Shown: positions 58,457 to 64,000 of the stretch, in pieces | Numbering within the stretch: the stretch's first letter is position 1 | Layout: every line of letters starts with the position of its first letter | Origin: the human T2T-CHM13v2.0 reference genome, Homo sapiens | NCBI RefSeq assembly: GCF_009914755.1 | Contig: NC_060936.1 | Length of the DNA: 64,000 nucleotides | Reading direction: 5' to 3' (one strand) | Made by a program: the position numbers and the translations under genes | The notes under the pieces: model-generated | Seen by the model: the letters and a program-made list of their open reading frames with translations, nothing else | Told to the model about the DNA's origin: nothing | Database searches by the model: none

Positions 58457-58458
58457 GT
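58412..58458. repeat. (TG)n / (TATGTG)n microsatellite
   Basis: Directly visible. Confidence 0.95.
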
Positions 58459-59356
58459 CTTTTAGCCTTAAAGTATCAAGTGCAGGGAGGGGTTTATGAG
58501 TTTTATTTGTTAGAAGTCTAACAGCTTGAGGAATGTGAGGCGCTATATGTGGCAGGGATGTTTTCTTGTTTGGGAGACTTGCTTCCAAACAAGTGCTTGC
58601 AGATATGGATATCTGGTGTGGGAGTTAGGAGTTTGTATAGTTCTATTCTTTATCTAGCTTCTGGCCTCGGGCAATTTGAAGGAATGGTTTTTGAAGAGGA
58701 AAACGGGTTTTATTTAAAACTAAAATATTTAAGCACCTAATATGAGCTCTTTATATTCTTGGCATTATATTAATAGGTAAAAACCTCTTTTCTCTAAAGA
58801 GTTCAGGTGGCCTAAAATCATCTATTTTTATTTCTTCTCTATCCTTGCCTATGGCATCCTTTGTCTTTGGTCTAGTCTGGGGAGGGGTTAGAAACCAGAT
58901 AACTAGCCTTGTTGGAATTGCTCAAAGAAGGGCAGGTGGCTTGCTTCTGTATTAGGGTTTGGGAACATTCTCCTTGCACATAAATTCTGGAGCACAAATT
59001 TTGGATACTTTTATTTACTCCTTAGGATACATTTTTTTATACTTTAGAAAATGGTTTTTTGGATTTCTGGGTTGCCTAATAAAGTAAGGAAATCCAATGG
59101 GGCAGTATCATATACATTTACCTTACAGGAAGTGTAACTCAGTGTAATGGCAAAAGCCAAAAGCACTTGGGCACCAAACCAACCAAACATAACAGTAACA
59201 ATCCTCATATCCAAATAGACAAAATTAGCATATGCCCTAGAGTGTGAAATGATAGGTATATAGCCTGTTCGTTTCATCAGTCAGTCTTCTGAAATGTCTC
59301 CTTAATAGGGTTTAGAGAAGATACCAAATATTAGGTACTGTTTAGTTCAGTGTTTA

Positions 59357-59803
59357 TGTGTGTGTGTATAAATATATACAAATTTAAATATATAAAAATA
59401 TATAAAATATTTAATATATAAATATTTAAAAAGTTAAACATTAAAATATATAAAATGTAAAAAATATAAAATATAAATATACATTTATATTTTATACATA
59501 TATTTATATTATATATATTTATAACATATATTAAATATAATGTTTATAATATAAATATTATATTTATAAATATATATTCATATAAATATGTAGATAAATA
59601 CATAGTATACTTATATAATATATAATACATATAATATATAATATATAATACATATTATATATAATATAATATATAATACATATTATGTATAATATAATAT
59701 ATTATAAATATTTATATATTTAAATATATATTCACATATAAAATATATATTTATATATAAATATTATGTATATATAAATATATAAAAATATATATATATA
59801 TAT
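59357..59803. repeat. ~450-bp AT-rich (TA)n-type low-complexity tract abutting an Alu tail
   Basis: Almost exclusively A/T with tataa/tataatacat units. Confidence 0.95.
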
Positions 59804-60076
59804 TTGAGACCAGGTCTTGCTCTGCTGGAGCGCAATGGTGTGATCACAGCTTACTGCAGCCTCGACCTCCCAGGCCCAAGCGATCCTCCTACCTCAGTCT
59901 CTTGAGTGGGTGGGGCTACAGGTGCATGCCACCGTGCCCGTCTGATTCTTTTATTTTTTGTAGAGACTGAGCTTCCCTTTGTAGCCTGGCTTATCTCAAA
60001 CTCTTGTCCTCAAGCAGTCCTCTGGCTTTGGCCTCTCAAAGTACTGGATTACAGGCAGGAGCCACCACACCTGTCC
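59804..60076 (-). mobile_element. AluJ
   Basis: gatcacagcttactgcagcctcgacctcc and caagcgatcctcc J-type motifs. Confidence 0.9.
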
Positions 60077-62630
60077 TCAGGATTTTAATTTTAAAAGTAT
60101 TTTATTTAAATACTTCAACCATTTTTAGTAGAATTCTCCCATAAGGCAAACATTCTTATCTCCCCTTTTTTCCTCATTATTTTTGTCTTTTTAGAGATTA
60201 TATTAACTCTGTGTTACCATATGTTTGGTGGAAGGACAGCTTTATGAGTGCCAGTTCTTAAACTGACATGTAGACAGTGTTGCATCATGGCCTATAGAAA
60301 AGTTTGGACTGTTTTTTTTTTTTTAAAAAAAACCACACAATTTTTTATCTATAGCAGAGATATTTGCCATAGATTTTATTTCCTCGGAAATGATTATTGG
60401 TTTATTATCAGAGAGTAAATTTGAACTACTTTTTTTTTTTACCCTTAATCCCCTTCCCAAAGAAACACAAATGGCTCATTCAATCTAATTTCTTAGTAAT
60501 AAATAGAAAAAATAAACAGGCAACTCCTAGTCACCAGGGCCCTAATTCAGAAGAACAGGATACTCCCAGAGTAGAACTGGTTGGAATATTTTATGCTTGT
60601 CTAGCCTGGTTAGTTGTGAGCAGAAAGTAATTACTAATTGATGGCAAGGAAGGAAGAGAATCTGATTCATAGGTACTCTAATCAGAATAATAATAATTGG
60701 AAAATTGGGACGTATCCGTATTATTTTAAGTGTGATTTTTAAAGTGCTCCTTAAGTCCTAATAGAACAAAAAAGATTTATGCTGTGTATTATACATATTA
60801 GAAATTTTAGCAATGGTTCCAGTTGTGATTTTTGTAGTTATGGTTACATTATCTCTTAAAGAAAACTTTCATAGACTTAATAATTCAACTTCAACATTTT
60901 ATTTTAGGCTAACATTTTGGCAGGGGTAGGCTTGTTGGTGACTATTTTCTGAAGCTTGAAAAGTCTTGCTTAAATCATAGTAAATTGTTATTTCTAGTAT
61001 GCATGGCATTTTTCATTCCTAGAAATGAAGAGTCATTTTTGGAGATGTTTATAAAACATGAAAGTAGACAGGAGAATAGGAAGGTCTGACATTGTTCATG
61101 CTTTTGCAGCTACAGGTAATTCATTTTCAGATCACCTATCTGCCCCTAATGTAATATTCCCATTCCTGAAAGTAGAGAGGAAAAAAAGTAGTCCTTGCTA
61201 GAATGTCCTGTGAAAAAATATTTTTTAAACTAAAATTTGATAACTATTCAAACTTTATATATTTATATGGATTATTACATGTAATTTTCACTTTAAAAAG
61301 AGTTAACTGAAGACAATATTTTTCATCTTTTAGTATATTCAAATTCCTTCTATAATAAAATTGTCAATAGCTCTGTGTTTCATCCTGATGATATGCAAAA
61401 TGCTTTTCCTGCATCATTGTTGGTTCAAGTTACTAAGCGTTAGTAAAGCCTCAGTATCAAGTAGCTTTTCCATCCAGGTCAATTGCCCCCAGTTAGAAAT
61501 CATTAATTTCATTATATTTATCTCAATTTATTGCATACTTTTGAAGGTAATCACTGTTCCTAGGAGATAAGTTATCTTTCATGCCAAGAATCAGTTGTAA
61601 TATTTTCCATAATACTTCCACCAAATAACAACATGTATTTGATGTTTTTCGTTAATGAATAATTTGAATGTGATTGAATTCATACTGCTCCTATAGCATT
61701 ATCTATCTAACATAACAAACCTGCCCCATTTTAAAAATAAATTCTTTATTAACATAACTTTATAATATCTCATCTTAGCAATGAAACATGCTTTTCAAAA
61801 TCATCTTGTTTTTTATCTAGATCATTGTTTTCTTTATTATTTTAAAATCATGTTATTTCTGAATATCTTTATGCAGGAAAGTCTGTCTTGATTCATGACC
61901 TTGTTTTTTTTTTTCTTTAAAGTTACGGTTATTTGAAGAGGAATTATCATAGGATGGAAATACATACTTTAAATTGGTTTTATGAAAGTTTGAACCAAGT
62001 TACATTGTCAGTGCTTATCTCATACTCATCTATTGATCCACTTAATACATGGAAAAAGAGTTTTAGTACTTGAAAGTTAGAAAAAAATACTACCTTTCAA
62101 TTTGAATTTTTGAAAATTACTCATTGCCTTGGACTAAAATATTTTTATCAGGTAGTTTTTGTTTTGTTTTTCTTAACTCTCTATTCCCATTTTTTGAACA
62201 TTTTTCCTTTTGGGATTGCAATATTTCTTATAAATTTCTATAGTTTTTTTTATGCTATGAGTATTGATTTAAACTCCATTATCTAAGTTCTGTTTTTTGG
62301 TGAATATTTTTCCTAATAATTTAATGCATGATTAATAAATAATGAGCACCAGCTCACCAGATATTGTCAGGGGTGAAAGTTCTGAACCCAAGAGACAGAA
62401 GTCTTGAATTTACAGTCTATATTTTAGTGGTGTATAGACATAGAGCAAATAGATGAATTTGTAGTTTCTCAGGTGGTGATGGTGCTTTGAAGAAAAATGA
62501 GGAATAATAAGCAAGCTGGAAAATGGTAGGATATGGTCTTTTATATAGGGTGGTAATGGAAGGCCCCTCTGGCAAGATTATATTTGAGTAGAGACTATTA
62601 GCAAGTACAGGTATTGGCCCTTATGGATCT

Positions 62631-62789
62631 TTTTTTTTTTTTCTTATGTACTTATCACAGACTTTCCCCTAAACTCACCCCCATAGTGTTTTTTTTTTTT
62701 ATTATTATACTTTAAGTTCTAGGGTACATGTGCACAATGTGCAGGTTTGTTACATATGTATACATGTGCCATGTAGGTGTGCTTCACCC
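62631..62789 (-). mobile_element. Very short L1PA4/5-type 3' end with a 46-nt unique segment between two poly(A) tracts
   Basis: T-run 62630-62642, unique 62643-62688, T12 62689-62700, L1 3' end 62701-62789; degenerate TSD atggatctt/gtgaatctt. Confidence 0.85.
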
Positions 62790-63101
62790 GTGAATCTTGA
62801 GTGTGTGTGTGGGTAGAGAAAACAGTGTGAATGCCCTGAGATAAGATTGTGCTTGATGTGCTTTCAGAAAGTACAAAGATGTTTGGGTGCTGGAAGGGGT
62901 AATCATGCAAATAATAGAGAGATACCAGGGGGCCACCCTACATAAGGCCCTGTAGGCCAAGGTAAGGATTTTGGATTTTACTCTTATTGACGTAGAAAGC
63001 TATTTTAAACAAGAGTGCCATGATTGTCATGAATTAAAAAAAAAAATCACTCTGACCTCTGTGGGGAAAATACACTGTATAGGGTGGGGAGAGACCAGTA
63101 G

Positions 63102-63512
<411 letters not shown>

Positions 63513-63841
63513 GGATTCTGGTATATATTTCAAAGGCAGAGCTGACAGGGATTTCTGTCAGACTAACGTGAAGCATGAAGGAAAGGGAGTAGTTTAGATC
63601 TTTGGTCTGAAGAGCCTGAAAAATTTTCCATTTACTGACATAGGAAATCTGAGGGAAGAAAATGTTTGGAGAGGTGAGGGAATCAGTTTAGTTTGGGGAA
63701 GGTTAAATTTAAGAAGACTTTTAGTTATCCAGTTAGATAGTTGAATAGGCAGCTAGTACATGAACCTGGCATTAGGGGTTTGGGGCTGGCATACTTAAAC
63801 ATGTGGCTAGATGTGATCACCTTCAGAGTAAATGTAAATAG

Positions 63842-64000
63842 TATCATCCCTCCTTATCTGTATCTGCAGATTTGATCGACTGTGGATCAAAAATATTTGG
63901 GAAAAAAAAAACAATAAAAATAATATAGATAAAAAATACAATATAACAAGTATTTACATTTTGTTAGGTATAATAAATAGAGATGATATATAAAGTATGC
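63842..64000 (-). mobile_element. MER2-family MITE, running off the window end
   Basis: tccctccttatctg...gactgtggatcaaaaatatt...tatttacattttgttaggtat, opposite orientation to the 43853 copy. Confidence 0.7.

Overview
Primate (human-type) AT-rich genomic DNA lying entirely inside the CCDC91 gene (p56, GGA/AP-1 accessory coiled-coil protein), transcribed on the + strand. Three canonical coding exons cluster at 30022-32122 (VSGVHLSPSSPEIVLDRD...KISSLEIKLKVSEEEKQRIKQ DVESLMEK...YKELQ), flanked by ~30 kb of intron on each side. A candidate alternative 86-nt exon (28999-29084) would stop the upstream frame and restart with MPMWNK. The introns are mostly fossil transposons: several L1s (two young copies appear to carry short 3' transductions), about 10 Alus, solo LTRs (MLT2, THE1, MLT1A, LTR9 nested in an older ERV1 LTR), Tigger-family MITEs, a near full-length inactive Hsmar1 mariner, and a tailless U4 snRNA retropseudogene with a 13-bp TSD. 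Nearly all ORFs in the supplied track are L1/Alu/LTR debris or chance ORFs. I see no evidence for a new multi-gene system. The best leads are RNA-processing hypotheses (stop-restart exon, exon 4-6 circRNA with a hydrophobic frameshifted tail, recursive-splice site, 6-nt microexon) and several local templated duplications and palindromes. Exon numbers, family names and reference protein sequences are from memory, not database searches.
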